A stretch of 64,000 bases of DNA, taken from positions 15,880,655 through 15,944,654 of the forward strand of contig NC_134033.1 in the NCBI RefSeq assembly GCF_964204645.1, written 5' to 3'. Source of the stretch: Tubulanus polymorphus (taxonomy: Eukaryota > Animalia > Nemertea). Under the pieces are notes generated by a model. That model searched no databases, was not told where the DNA came from, and saw only the letters and a program-made list of their open reading frames with translations. This document shows positions 50,874 to 64,000 of this stretch, piece by piece. Both the position numbers and the translations under genes were made by a program. Every line of letters begins with the position of its first letter. Position 1 is the stretch's first letter.

Positions 50874-50915
<42 letters not shown>

Positions 50916-51682
50916 ATATATATAAATATATATAAATACATATATACACACATGTATATATATATATAATATTTACAATAATAATAATAATTATTATTAA
51001 TATTAATATTATTAACACATTCATTATGAAACTCCATCTCGTTCGATAATAATCATTATTTTATTTTTTGTTTGTTTTTTCTATAATGAAACATGCATGA
51101 TGAGAATAAGATCATTGTTCTCTATATATACAAACACGCGCGCGAACTCACGTGATAACAAATTGCATCCATGATAAAGGCATCGTTCATTCTCGAAATG
51201 TGAAATATCAGAAATTCTCATCGAAATATCATAAATAAATTACACGCGCAACAGAATTTTTAACATTCATTCGATATATATATATATATATTCTACTAGA
51301 AAGATAAACCCATTTTTTCTAAGCGTAGCTTGCATTTTCGGCGTTAAATTCTAACAAATACAATATTGAACTGTATCCTGGGTCCAGATTACAACTCAAT
51401 TGCGGGGTTTCATTGGTATATTTGCAACTTTCTGTTCGCAATTTCGGCACCAATTCAACCTTAACCGTTTTATGCTTCAAGAAACAAACAGATTATGGTG
51501 AATGGATAAATCGAATTGAAATTGAACCCCGGCGTATAAACGCCATAGTGACAATAGAAATTGCATTGTGACCACGTTATTTGTCAAATGGTTAACGCGC
51601 TACCCAGTCCCGTGCGCGCACTCATCAATCATCTATATAAACATTTACAAAACGCTCGTTTTATGAAAACGAAAATAATAAT

Positions 51683-51724
<42 letters not shown>

Positions 51725-52375
51725 TTCTTGCTAATCGTCAATACGTTGTATGCATTTTCCAGACAATGAACGAAGCACCATATTTATTTATTTCTTGTGT
51801 ATGAAAAAAAAAGAAAAAACTCGGATAAAATACCTCCGCGCGATTCGTGCGATTTTTTTTAACACTATAAATATTTACGTTATTTTTTTTCTCCTAATAT
51901 TAGGCGCAGCTCGGCGGATTCTAACTGTGGCAGGTGAGGCGACGTTCTGAAGCTAGCTGAATATAAACACACTGACTAATAACACACGTGACTGACACAC
52001 TTGATATTTACACAAAAATACCCGGAAGCACCCCCCCCCCCGCCGATAGAAAGCCCTTTTATACACTCTCAAATCTCTGCTGACAGTTGAACTGCCATTT
52101 TTCGAAATTTCAAAATTTTACCCCACAAAAATGCGAGGGGACGTTTTTTTCGAATTATGTTTTATATACCGAAGGGTATGAGTAAAATGAGGTCTCGATC
52201 GAGATTTAAATTTTCAGTTTTAAACTTTCAATTTTACAATTTCTTGATGTTCTGATTTACAAGTGACTCAACTACCAACAAACTACAGACCCTGACTGAA
52301 GAGTGCTGTCAATATTATACACCGTCACAATGGTAACGCTACAGACCCTCCTCAGTGCTACAGCAACGAGTTTAA

Positions 52376-52646
52376 CCCTTTCAGTGCGGTGTATATAAAT
52401 CAGTGAAGGACTTCGTTAGTACACCGCATCGCAGTGTATTGATGAAATTGGTAATTTGTTTCTATCTCTAATGAAAGATGGCAGCACCTGTAGAACAGTT
52501 GAATATTTGTAACTAACGATACATTGCACTGTGGCGTAGCACTAAAGCGGTACGTGTGTTATTCAACACACTGAGCCTTGGAATTTTTTCAGATTTTCAA
52601 ATTATCACCAGCATTTTCGGGTATAAACTAGTCAGCGCTGAAAGGG
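52376..52646. mobile_element. piggyBac-like MITE, copy 2
   Basis: ttaa|ccctttcag ... ctgaaaggg; reverse-complement homolog of 15979-16240. Confidence 0.75.
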
Positions 52647-53776
52647 TTTTAATTTAACACAACACACTGGATTCTTTCTACAAGAAACGAAATGAAAAGA
52701 TCCATTTACAATAATGACGCGATGATAATCAATCAGACAGATGGACAGCGATGGACAGCGAATCTTTAACCGCCATTGAAATGACACGAAATAAGCACCG
52801 AAATGCGAAGCCGAAGAATTAAAAGTTAATTCTTCATTCACGGTCGCTGCTAGGTTTCCCGATTAATCTCATTCAATATTTCATTATTACATCAATGATG
52901 CGAATCTATTACACGGAAACAAACAAACAGCAGTCTGTATTAAATAAGTGTGTGAGTGTGATGTATTAAACAAAGCCGCCTGGTCCCACTAAATACTGAA
53001 TACAATACGTGCGTACCCCTCCGCTGGAGTCAGTAACACGTCTCAGTTGTGTCTCCGCGATCACACGCGCGTTTTTGCCCCCCCCCCCCCGACCGAAATT
53101 TCAGCACAGGTCAAATTATTACGTGTGAATGCTAACTGGTTCTGGAAATGACTTAAGTCATTTGCGACAGATGTAAGTTTATCGAGTGAGTTATTTACAA
53201 TGCGAATGTGCACTCAAATGAAGCATGGGCCAAATTTCTATTCAGGTCTGGGGCCAGTCGCTCAAAACGTGGTTAAAGATAACCGTCAGATGAATACCAT
53301 AAAGTAACAACAAACTTTTAATGTCAACTATCCACTGGTTAAATCTTAACAATTTTCAAGCAACTGGGCCCCGGGTGTGATCGCGGAGCTTCGGGAATCA
53401 ACTTATTCGAAACTAACTCATTCACTGCCAAATTGGGTCAAGGTGGAACTAAGCGCGATGTTAAATTGAACCCAAATTAAGTCTGGAATCGAATTTAACC
53501 CATACAACCGCAGAACTGGTTCCTGAGGGGTGACACGTGACCTATTACGGCCGGGTTTCGAAAACTAACATAACATTAAATGATTATAAAAAAAAATTGT
53601 TTCCTTTTTTTTTACCGCATAGCGCGTTCTCTGAGAGACCGAGACTGAACACCGTGCAAAAATACCATCGACAACGATAAAATATTCCCGTCGCATTGTC
53701 GTCATCGTCGCTATCGGCAACCAACACATCGACGATCGGGCGTTGAATATCTGATAACTACGTTCAGCAGCGTGTA

Positions 53777-56700
53777 TCACCAATTCTGTAGTCCCGGTTT
53801 GTTTAAAGTCATGAAATAAATCTGGCAAGACGAGCCCGAGCGTATAGACGAGAAAAACACCTGAAAATAACGCGGAAAATACAGACGTTTAACTACGAGC
53901 ACGAACACAGAATTTCAAAACTAACGATTACTTTAGAAGCGAGTTTGATTTCAGTTACTTGGAAGCACTGTTTAAGAGCGCAGATGCATTGAATCTAAAT
54001 TACATCTTGAATTAAATCTAAAACTAGACTTAGATCTTAAGACTACCAGTAGTCATAAGTTGTCAGATTGGTTATAGAGCCAAAATGAGCTTAGACTGGT
54101 CTCAAGTTGTTAGATCAGCTATAGAACTAAGATTGTTTAGACTGGTCTTAAGTTGTTAGATTGGTTATAGAACCAAAATGAGCTGAGACTGGTCTTAGTT
54201 AGATTGGTTATAGAACTAAAATGAGCTTAGACTGGTCTTAAGTTGTTAGATTGGTTATAGAACTAAAATGAGTTTAGATTGGTCTTAAGTTGTTAGATCA
54301 GCTATAGAACTAAGATTGTTTAGACTGGTCTTAAGTTGTTAGATTGGTTATAGAACTAAAATGAGCTGAGACCGGTCTCAAGTCGCTATAGATGTAAGAC
54401 TGATATCAAATCTAAGTCGCGACTGTACAACCGCAGCTCGCCAGGGGTTCCTAATTTCAAAACGTACCTTATCATTGCGTTCGCAGAGAAACTTCAATTT
54501 CTGCGCTTTTTTATGCATGAAAACGCCGTCGAGGTGACCGGTCTCCGCAGCTCGGATCTCGATCGCCTTGTTTCCCCAACCCATGATCTGGCCGGTGCCG
54601 ATGAACGCGACCGACGTCGGCATTTCCCCCCACTGGAGCACGACGTTTTTCGTAATTTTGCCCATCGTGTCGACGTAAACTCCTTCATCTACAACGACAG
54701 ACGTTAAACGACAATCAATCAAACACGACGACGAAACACGACAGGTTTTTCAAAATTTAAATTCAATTGTTTGGTCGTAACTTACTGTCGTAACAGAGTA
54801 GAAGATGCATTCCGTTACTGCTCGGTAAAATAACAATCGTATGAGGACAAATTGTTTGATTCGTCTGAAAATAAATAAACAAATATACTCATTATATATA
54901 CTCATTATATATACTCATTATATAGGTACTCATTTAGGTACTCGGTGAGTAGAAGCAGCGGGAACCAGTTCCACAGCTGAGAGTTATGATTTGACTCGGA
55001 ATTAACTCGTTAAAATTAACTAATTCTAAGTCAGAGTTTATTTCTAACACATAACTGTGGAACTGGATCCAGTTCATTGTATCTCCGGTTCTCGTAAAGA
55101 GACGATTCGAATGAATCGAATCAGGTTCAGTTCCACAGTTGTGAGTTAAGGGTTAACTTTGAGTCAAAACTGAACTCACAATTGTGCGTTATTGGTTAGG
55201 CCTACTCATTGAGTAGTCGAGCCGCAGTCTAATGTATCTCGTTCCAGAGCTTGAATGCAGACAAAGTGAATGAAATGTTTCCTAGTTCACAGTTAGAAAT
55301 CTGACCGTAGAACAATGGAACCATCAAGTCCAGTTCCACAGTTGTGTGAGTTAAAATTAACTCCGAGTCAAATCTGAACTCAGTAAAACTGTAAAACTGG
55401 ATCCTGGTCCCGTATCACAGTCGTGAAGTCAAATTACTTAGAACTGAACTAATCGACAATTCGAACCTAGAATTGCGCAACTAATCTAAAGTCTACACGA
55501 CGAATCTATAGAATGAAATTCAGATTTAAAATGCGCCGATTTATCTACAGAACGAGAGAGAGAGACCGATGTTGAATAATTCTGGCGATTCGAAATTAAA
55601 GAAACGCAAGTTATTTTTAGTAGAAAGAAGCAAAATTTTCGCATAACTTCAAGAAAGTATATAATAATACGATTTCTTATTAATTTACGTAAAAATTCAA
55701 CACAAATTTTTACCGGCGGGATAAAATAGGACCATGCTATGAGAATCTGGGCTTTGGGAAAATTCGACTTCAATTTCGACGATCGGCGAGTCGTTTTTCA
55801 GCCGGTTAGTTATCGCTTAGTTTCGGGGTGAACCGGAATTCAGCAGCGGGGTTCGAGTAAACCGTGATGAGTAGAAACGAAGGGTGACGATGACGATGAT
55901 GATAATAAGAATGATGATAGAAGTGGTGGCGATGAGGCAGGCTAAATAGGAAACGTTTAACCTATACCTGATCACGGTACTGACGTAGGTAAAATAGAGA
56001 GGAAAGAGAGAAATATCACCATCAAAACTTCACTAACATTCAACAGTATTTTTACGAACAACCTTTTAAAAACTAATCTTTTGAAATTCTGCTTTTCATT
56101 AAATGAGACGCCTGCATTGTTACTGCGGCAAGCGAGGAATGCGTGAGGATCCACCTGGTGTCAATAGTGGGTGCTCAGTTAGCGCGCTTCAGTTTCTTCT
56201 ACAGGGTGGCGCCACTTTCCGGCCATTTACAAATCCCCTCAGTTTTCCCCGATTTTGCCACAAAACTCCCTCTGGGTGGATATGAGAAATTTCTAGGTTT
56301 AAGATGTTTAAATTCATTCATTTTTCATAGAATCACGAACTGATAAAGAAACACGTGGTCAATAGCTTTATCAATCTTCAAATAATTCAGTCCCCCCAGA
56401 CCCTGAGCAAGATCAAGCCCCGGATCCTGAGTAAGATAATAATTGTATAACTTACATGAGAAGGAATGTAAAGGTCGAACACTGTGTTTGTATCTAAATC
56501 AATCGCGTGGAAACCATTCTGAGATCCATAGACGACCTTCAAACGCTGACCTTCTTCAACCGTCAGATCGCACTGTAGAGGCTTGTGATGCAGATCTGTG
56601 AATGACTGTTTACGAGAAATACAGACAAAACATTAATCAGTCGATGACCAGTAGATTTAAACTACTCAGTATATTATTACTTTTGTAGGTGCTTCTTTGA

Positions 56701-59700
56701 GGTAAAAGCTAATTACTAATAACATCAATACACCGCGATGCCGTGTACTAGCAAAATAACTGGGGCCAGTTGCTCAAAAGTTGGTTAAAGATAACAGGCG
56801 GATAAATACCATAGTAACAATGAACTTATAATTGTCACTATGTCAACTATCCACTGGTTAACTATTACCAACTTTCGAGCAACTGCAGCCCCAGATCTAT
56901 ACACCGCACTGCGGCGTAGATACGCTCGCACGACAATTCGTAGTTAATTCCGATGAAATACGACGTACCTTAAATGCCATGAATTTATGGTAAGGTTTCG
57001 GAGCCCAGGCATAGATTTCGACGCTATCCTTCAACGCTATCACAAGAAACTTGATTCGTTCAAATTTCACTGAAATAACAAACAAACGCGTCGTATCATA
57101 GCAACAGCGACGACTACCGTATAACCGACGCAAACATAGCTTTCGATACGTACCAATTTTAAAGTGCACGCAACCTTCTAAATCTCCTACGTTGATCCAA
57201 CCGTGGCGTTTATCATTCTAAAATATAACAGTAACATTAATTCTCACAACTTGAGATTTATGAGATTCTTTGTGAAATTGTTCTAATTCGAGCTGAAATA
57301 CATAGTTAGCAGGACCCAGTTCAACGGTTGTCTGTACAACACTAGGCCTAGTTCATTTTCAATGTCTCTCGATCAGCAGAGCTCGGTGATCTAGAGGTAG
57401 ATTTGAATACCAGGGGCTCACGTTCAAATCCCGGTGGAGGCTGGCATCAGGGTTATGGGCAACCTAGGGTTACAGTTAAATGGCATCAGCAGACATGAAA
57501 ATATTGATCAAACAAATTCAAGGGTTGGATTTTTCAACACCCAGATCCAAATTGTTTATTCTAAGTTTGACTCCATAAAATTTCCAATGTTTCAACAATT
57601 GACATCAGTGGAAGTGGATGCTGAGCTGTTTAAGTGGATCCCAGACTGCGGACATGGATCCCGAACTGTGGGAGTGGATCCTGAACTGTGGAAACTGCTT
57701 ACCGCCTCGGTTTTGAGAATCTTTTGTTTTAACCAGGATAAATAGTAAACTCGTAGTTTATTCTTCTTTCCTGAGATCGTCACTAGAATATTCTGCCCTT
57801 CTAGAACTTCCATCTGCGAAAACTTGCGTCTTGAGATTAACTGATAAACTGCACAGAAAAAAAAAACAAAAATATTATTGAGAAAACATCGAAATACGAA
57901 TCAGCTTCGTGGGGGTAGATTAAAACCCCTTAAATGTTTCAAATGTTTCCATTTTCCCGGGGTTTCACGCTGTCTATTGTAGTTACGATGATCTATTCAT
58001 TACCTTTTCCTTGACCACTTCGATCCAATAAAACTAAACCGCTGTCCGTACCGATCAACAGATTAACACCTGCCAACAAAACATTTAAAAAAAAAAGTTT
58101 TTTACAATATGGAAAATAGAGACAAAATTGACTGCGATTAAATTCGAATACAGGGTGCAGCAACTTTCCACCCATTTACGAATCCCCTGATATTTCCCTG
58201 GTTTTTCCATGTTCTTAGGCCTTGATCTAACAGTAACTAGTTCTGTATTTGTTTTCATTGGCTGTAAATCTATGTCAACTAATTGAATGGAGTTCAGACC
58301 AGACAGACAGCCAGACAGCTGACAGACAGACAGACAGCTGTAAACATGTACACTCCTCTCAACAGTGTCATGTGAAAGATGAGATCTGTTTACATGTCAC
58401 ATGTGGTCAAGAGCTTGTCTGTGATTGGCTGGCTAGTGCCTGTCACATGTGACCTAGGGTTAGGGTTATTGGTTGGCTGGCAGGGGATGTGATGTCACTG
58501 CTGGTCATGTGACCTAGGGTTAGGGTTAGTGGTTGGCTAGCAGGGGATGTGATGTCACAGATGGTCATGTGACCTAGGGTTAGGGTTAGTGGTTGACTGG
58601 CAGGGGATGTGATGTCACAGATGGTCATGTGACCTAGGGTTAGGGTTAGTGGTTGGCTAGCAGGGGATGTGATGTCACTGCTGGTCATGTGACCTAGGGT
58701 TAGGGTTAGTGGTTGGCTGGCAGAGGATATGATGTCACTGCTGGTCATGTGACTTAGGGTTAGGGTTAGTGGTTGGCTAGCAGGGGATGTGATGTCACAG
58801 ATGGTCATGTGACCTAGGGTTAGGGTTAGTGGTTGACTGGCTGGGGATGTGATGTCACAGATGGTCATGTAATGCTGGCTAGTGTCACATGCGCATGTCA
58901 CATGTGGTCTCGAGCTGCTGTACACAGTGATCTGTTGCAAGTGGGTGTGGTATATATCGACCAGAAAGGTGTTTTAGTATCCAGTAAAATGATAGACTGT
59001 AATACAGTAATTCAGATAAAATGTTATACTCTGAGTGAATCAGAGAAATTTCTATGTAGGTTTAAAATGAGCGCGGGTCAGGAGCATTAATCAAAATTCT
59101 TAGGAGTTTTCCCTTATTTTACCATGGTGTAACACAACACGAATTTCTTGATTTTAAAATGCAACAATTTATTCATCTTTTTTATTCAATCACGCATTGA
59201 TAAAAAAACATGAGGTCATATCAGAATTCCCTGGTTTTTCAGGACTTTTTTTGCAAAATTTGTCAAATTCCTTAAATTTCCCCCAAATTTTTTGTAGATT
59301 TTTCCGATTCCCCGAGTTTTCCGGGTCAGTGGCGCCACCTGGGAATAAAACTTACCCCACAACGCGGCGCACAGGATATCCGAGTTGAAACGCTTTTTGT
59401 ATTTACGAATCTCGGGCGTTTCGCTCATCGGGTCGATGATAGACGGCGCCACGTTGACGTTGACGTTCGATCCTCGTCGCTGACTGGACAGACTCGTGCT
59501 GCTCGCTGAGTTGGCGCCGAATCCGAACGCCGAGAACGACCGCGTCGACGATCGCAGTCCGCCGGACGTCTGCTGCTGTTTACTGATCGCCTGACGATAC
59601 TAAACAATCGATAATAATAATCGTATATTAATATTTATCTTAATAATAATCATAAGCGAAGTCAGCGCCACAAACCGAGGTTAAACTCAAGAAGAGAAAA

Positions 59701-62700
59701 ACAACGAAATTAAAACCAGTTTCAAACGAGTTTAAAATTAAAGATAAATTTTTTTTCAAAATCATGATTTAGTTTCATAATTACAGAGTTAAGATAAGCT
59801 CAGAGTTGACTCTTAACTCACAACTGCAAAACTGTGAGCGCCGAAAGGGTGTTTTCTACACCCAGTTTTACAGTTGTAAATTAAGATTTGAATAGACCCA
59901 TTGTAGATAAACTTATTCTAACTCAGAGTTAACTCATAATCGTGGAACTGAACCAATATTTTTTTCTAAATCAGGGTCCAGTTCTACAGTTCCAAGTTAG
60001 GATTTGAGGCAAGAGTTAACTCATTGAAAATGAACTGATTTTAACTCAAGAGTTAACTGTATGTAACTCACAACTGTGGAACTGGCTCCTGGATTTAATT
60101 CCACATTCACAGTTAAGATTTGACGCTAGAATTATAATCATTCTCGCCCTAGAGTCAAACGAAGAACTCATTCTAACAACTGTGAAACTGAATCCTGAAG
60201 CTATTTTCGAACGAAATTTTCCAAAATGATTAAAATTAAGCAGAATTTGCGTTTATTTTACGCGTTCAAAAGCTGCAATGAAAATAGAACGGACAAAAAA
60301 ACAACCAATAGGAGCGCGGCATCAATTCAGCCTCAACCTAACCACCTCCACTCCTCCCCCGGGCGGCTGTACACATCACTATTGATAACATGCAGGTGTT
60401 TATTAAGTATATCTGCTACCAGGTGGAGCTGTTTGAAATACAAAGACGGATATCTAGTGTTCTATCAATGGTATATCTCAAGGAACAAATTTTTTAATTA
60501 CGAATTCCCCAGAATATTGTCTGTTGTGATAACTGAAGGATATTGGATTCAATTTTATGATTTCAAAATATAATATGCGTTCTACTTATATCTATAGGAC
60601 GAATGGTCGGGTTGGTGAGAGGAGGATATCGATGGAAGGGTGGACATATTCTAGGAGACTGGATCTCGCTTACACAGCTCCTCATGCACAGGTGTTCAGC
60701 GCGTAGCTCAGGACCCAGTTCCACAGTACTGAGTTAGAGTTAACTCTGAGTCAAAGTTAGTTCATTTTCAATGAGTTAACTCGGAACTGTGGAACTGGAC
60801 GCAGGAGCTGCAGTTGCTCAAATGATGGTTAGAGTTAACCAGTGGATATTCGACATAGCGGTAAAGTTCAGTTTATCCGCCAAATAATCTTTAACCAATC
60901 TTTAAGCAACCGGCCCCCGATACCGGTTCAAACAATGTGACCCTAGACCCGGTTTCATAGACTGATATTACGTATCTAAAATCTGGGGAACTGTTAGAAA
61001 TTTTAGAATGTTTTTCCGCATGCACACCGCGGAATTTTGGATGAAATAAAGTTTCGAACAGTTAAGTATTCGGTCACGTATTCCCGTCTATTTGAAACCG
61101 GCTCCCCGATGCCCTCTGCTGGGGTTTAAGCGAACTACTGACCTGAAAGTTAAGCTGCTGATGAACATAGTTACTAATCTGAAAGGATAAATATCACCAT
61201 AGCAACAAAGGGTGACCGCAGCAACGTAACATGACGAGAAACAGAAATATGAAAAGGATAGCGCGGTGAGGCGCGGTGAACAGAGTGTACAGTTAAAATT
61301 ACACGCAAATATAGCAACCTTACACAAAAAAATGGCAGCCTCCATTATATCGCCCTATGACATCATCAGATCCCTACAGATCAGTCGTTCCTGGATATAA
61401 GGAGTTATCAAGGAGAAAATTTCATATTCAGAAAGCGTCTGCCTCACTTTCAATCTCAATTACAGTAAACTCCTCCTAAATCTGTGCTATTTATCTCAGT
61501 GATTTAATTGAAGTTTATTTAGACACAAAACTGTTAATTCAGCGGTTTTGTAAGCAAATTCTTATCCTTTCTAATTCGGCAACCGCCTAATAAATCCGGT
61601 TCCTAACTGTGCTGATTTAGGCGTAGTCACTTTACAGCTTCTAAAATTTCTTATAGCCTATTTGGTGATGTCATAGGGGAATTTAACGCAGCAGCCATCT
61701 TTTGCGGGAAAGGTCTTAAAGATAAGATAGGCAAATAAAACGTTTGAAATGGTTTGTTAGATATTTATCTGTATAGGAACGAAGGTGTATGTAGTGAAGT
61801 ATAGATAGAGGTGAAATCCTTGACCAATTAGTGATGGTTGAATCACCTTGAAAATAATCCAATCGAAATTTGTTGAAATCGCTTAGAAAAATATTTGAAC
61901 ATCTTCTGCGAAGGTCAATTTGATAATAGGACAGACACGATAGATTGAGACCATAGAAATAGCATTCAAAATGCTTCACGATACTATAATATTGATATCT
62001 CATCGAGAATGAGCGAGAATATCGTCTAACACCGCGGTAATGCAACAACGGGGAACTGCCAACACTGATGCGGCAAGCGAGGATGCACTTATGGCGAGTG
62101 AGGATCCGCGCTCAATAAGCCTTTCTCTTAAATATAATCAATTATTAACGTAATCTTAACCAATCACTAAGGAAATGAATCTGAAGTATATTTGGTTGGT
62201 CCCGCGATAATGTTCGCATTCGGAAGCCTAAAATCTCAGATCAAAGTTTGCTAATTATGAACTAATTAAGACCGAGCGCTCGTAACGCCATCTGGCGGGA
62301 TTAGCTGGCGTCGCAGTTCCCCGTTTCTGTTATAGACGCGGAATTGAAACGAACTCTCAGAGCTCGTAGCGCCATCTGGCGGGATTAGCTCTCAGAGCTC
62401 GTACGGCGGTGATCTTTCAACCGACACCAATCGCAAGAATTGAAAACTCGTGAACGTACATCATCTACCTCTTCGGAACTGGTCTTGTCAAGGCGTCCTC
62501 CGCCGGGTTGTGGCGCTTGTTGACTAGATTGTTGCGGTAACAGATCGGGTAGAACGCCGCTGCTGTTACTGTGTTCACGTGAATACTGTAAACCTTTATT
62601 GAAAAAAAAAAATAACAATTTATCTATAATTTTCTTTACTATATATTGCCTCACACTTAACTAAGCTATTATAATGCATAGCTTTACCTTAACTCAGAGT

Positions 62701-63187
62701 AAACTAATTGAAAATGAACTTATTTTAACTCGAGAGTTACCCCTAACTCACACAGTGGAACTGGGTCCCGGACCCTCTTAACCTAATACCCTAACCCTCT
62801 GGACCCTCTACATACAGAAAATATGATTCAAAAAGCCGCCGTTTTGTATCGACGATCTAGACCGGGTTTACTAATAATAATAATAACCTTCAACGAATAT
62901 TGAGAAATACGATAGAACTCCCCCTCTCCTCCCCACTCCCCTCTCTGTACAAACCCCCTCTCCTCCCCTCTCCTCTCAGTACATACCCCTCTCTCCTCCC
63001 CCTCCTCTTAGTACATACCCCCTCCCCTCTCCTCCCCTCTCAGTACATACCCCCTCTCTCCTCTCCCCTCTCAGTACATACCTCCACGATTGAGATTAGT
63101 CACGTGCAGCGGTTGATCCGATTCGTTACTCTTATTACTGCTACCGGTACTACCACTAGTTCCACTTCCCGATTCGTGACGATTCTT
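53777..63187 (-). CDS. msn: Misshapen/TNIK/MINK1/MAP4K4-type STE20 kinase, 3' part (linker + CNH domain); exons 63187-63082, 62593-62469, 59599-59356, 58069-58004, 57848-57703, 57217-57154, 57069-56969, 56605-56456, 54864-54786, 54688-54468, 53860-53777; kinase domain lies beyond the window
   Basis: LPDLL; NVNVNV; [22 protein letters not shown]; [11 protein letters not shown]; [15 protein letters not shown]; [10 protein letters not shown]; [29 protein letters not shown]...QNW*. Splice phases are consistent across all exons. Confidence 0.93.
54040..54380. repeat. 47-bp satellite array (~7 copies) inside a MITE in the last kinase intron
   Basis: Same unit as at 19370-19730. Confidence 0.9.
56763..56891. 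mobile_element. CWG-TSD MITE (TIR ggccagttgctc), inserted into a piggyBac-MITE fragment; sisters at ~53250-53371 and 60805-60917
   Basis: ctg|gggccagttgctcaaaagttggt ... accaactttcgagcaactgcagccc|cag. Confidence 0.7.
58440..58870. repeat. 60-bp intronic minisatellite containing telomeric TTAGGG motifs, 7 copies
   Basis: catgtgacctagggttagggttagtggttggctggcaggggatgtgatgtcactgctggt at exact 60-bp period. Confidence 0.95.
62920..63081. repeat. CT-rich tandem repeat carrying reiterated 5' splice-site sequence
   Basis: cagtacatac preceded by cccctctcct runs, 4-5 copies, abutting the exon donor at 63081. Confidence 0.8.
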
Positions 63188-63376
63188 CTGTAAATTACAG
63201 AAACGAAACCTTAATCAACATCAATTCAACCAGTTACCAAAATGAGCTCTTATCTATTACAGTGCCGGATCCATGGACTAATTTTGAAGGTCTTTCAACC
63301 CATTGAGGGTATTTTGAAAAGGCACATTTTGTAGGTCTTGTATAAGGCCTAAAAGACTCCTGGATCCGTGCCTGTT

Positions 63377-63644
63377 CAGGGTGGCCACTTTCATTCGACT
63401 TGCTTTTCCCCCCGAATATTCCCCGGCATTTATGTTGTTATCCCTGACAAGATCAGCTAAGAACCCGATCGCTTAACAAAGTCAAATATGTAAAACATAG
63501 ACGGAAGGGAAACTATCTGATTTTACACGCGATCAAACAATCTCAACAAATATCCATGACTTTTCCCTGATTTTTAGCTTCTTGTACAAAATTCCCTGAC
63601 TATTCCCCGAATTCCCTGAATTCCAGGTAATAGTGGCCACCCTG
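63377..63644. mobile_element. hAT-like MITE (TIR cagggtggccact) with internal ttccctga repeats
   Basis: 13-bp perfect TIR; related fragments at ~13850-14360 and 59220-59341; no clear 8-bp TSD. Confidence 0.6.
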
Positions 63645-64000
63645 CCACGTTCATCACTGTTGCCTACACTTATAAATACTCATCAAACAATTTGTTAGCC
63701 ACTCGTTAAAAACTCAAAGGGTAAACGACAAATTAATTCAGCTAATTAAATAATTAATTACTATTTCAACAGAAACTCAAAGGTTTTTCTAAAGTTTCAA
63801 TTCTAGGCAGGTTGTTACTTCATTCCATCCACCGAAACTTCTCGAAAACCATTCGCAACGAAAAAAGAAATTCCCGATCTACCGGTGTAAAATTAAACCG
63901 TCACACACCACGGGTTTGAGAGAGGAACGTGGCGGAGCGTTGTGATGTCATCAGGATCGAATCCTGCCGAGAGAGGGCACTTCAAGCGAAGCCATGCAAC

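Overview
This is eukaryotic, intron-containing animal genomic DNA, AT-rich and dense in MITEs. It is probably a marine invertebrate (spiralian-like), but that is inference only. Genes supported by ORFs and splice sites, left to right: the last exon of a ferlin (+); a 5-coding-exon SLC16/MCT transporter (-); a nearly intronless class C GPCR of the mGluR type that lacks the glutamate side-chain-binding residues (-); two tandem paralogous genes for secreted, block-copolymer-like Gly-rich proteins (-); a small secreted prepropeptide with dibasic sites (-); ANKRD39 (-) head-to-head with a ZDHHC24-like palmitoyltransferase (+); and the 3' half (CNH domain) of a Misshapen/TNIK/MAP4K4 kinase (-) with candidate micro-exons. 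The most striking system is the duplicated 28-45 kb cluster. Gene A (~1407 aa) has a signal peptide, Gly-Pro-X triplets, ~54 GGPDHM hexads, prion-like HGGGF octads, a GGAY block and a His/Glu/Val acidic tail. Gene B (~699 aa) is Arg/Phe- and Tyr-rich. Together they look like a two-component, metal-binding and Tyr-crosslinked biomaterial (tube, cement, jaw or egg case). The rest of the window holds satellites, CWG-TSD and TTAA-TSD MITEs, two 5'-truncated copies of one LINE, and a triplicated kb-scale unit at 1.9-7 kb.
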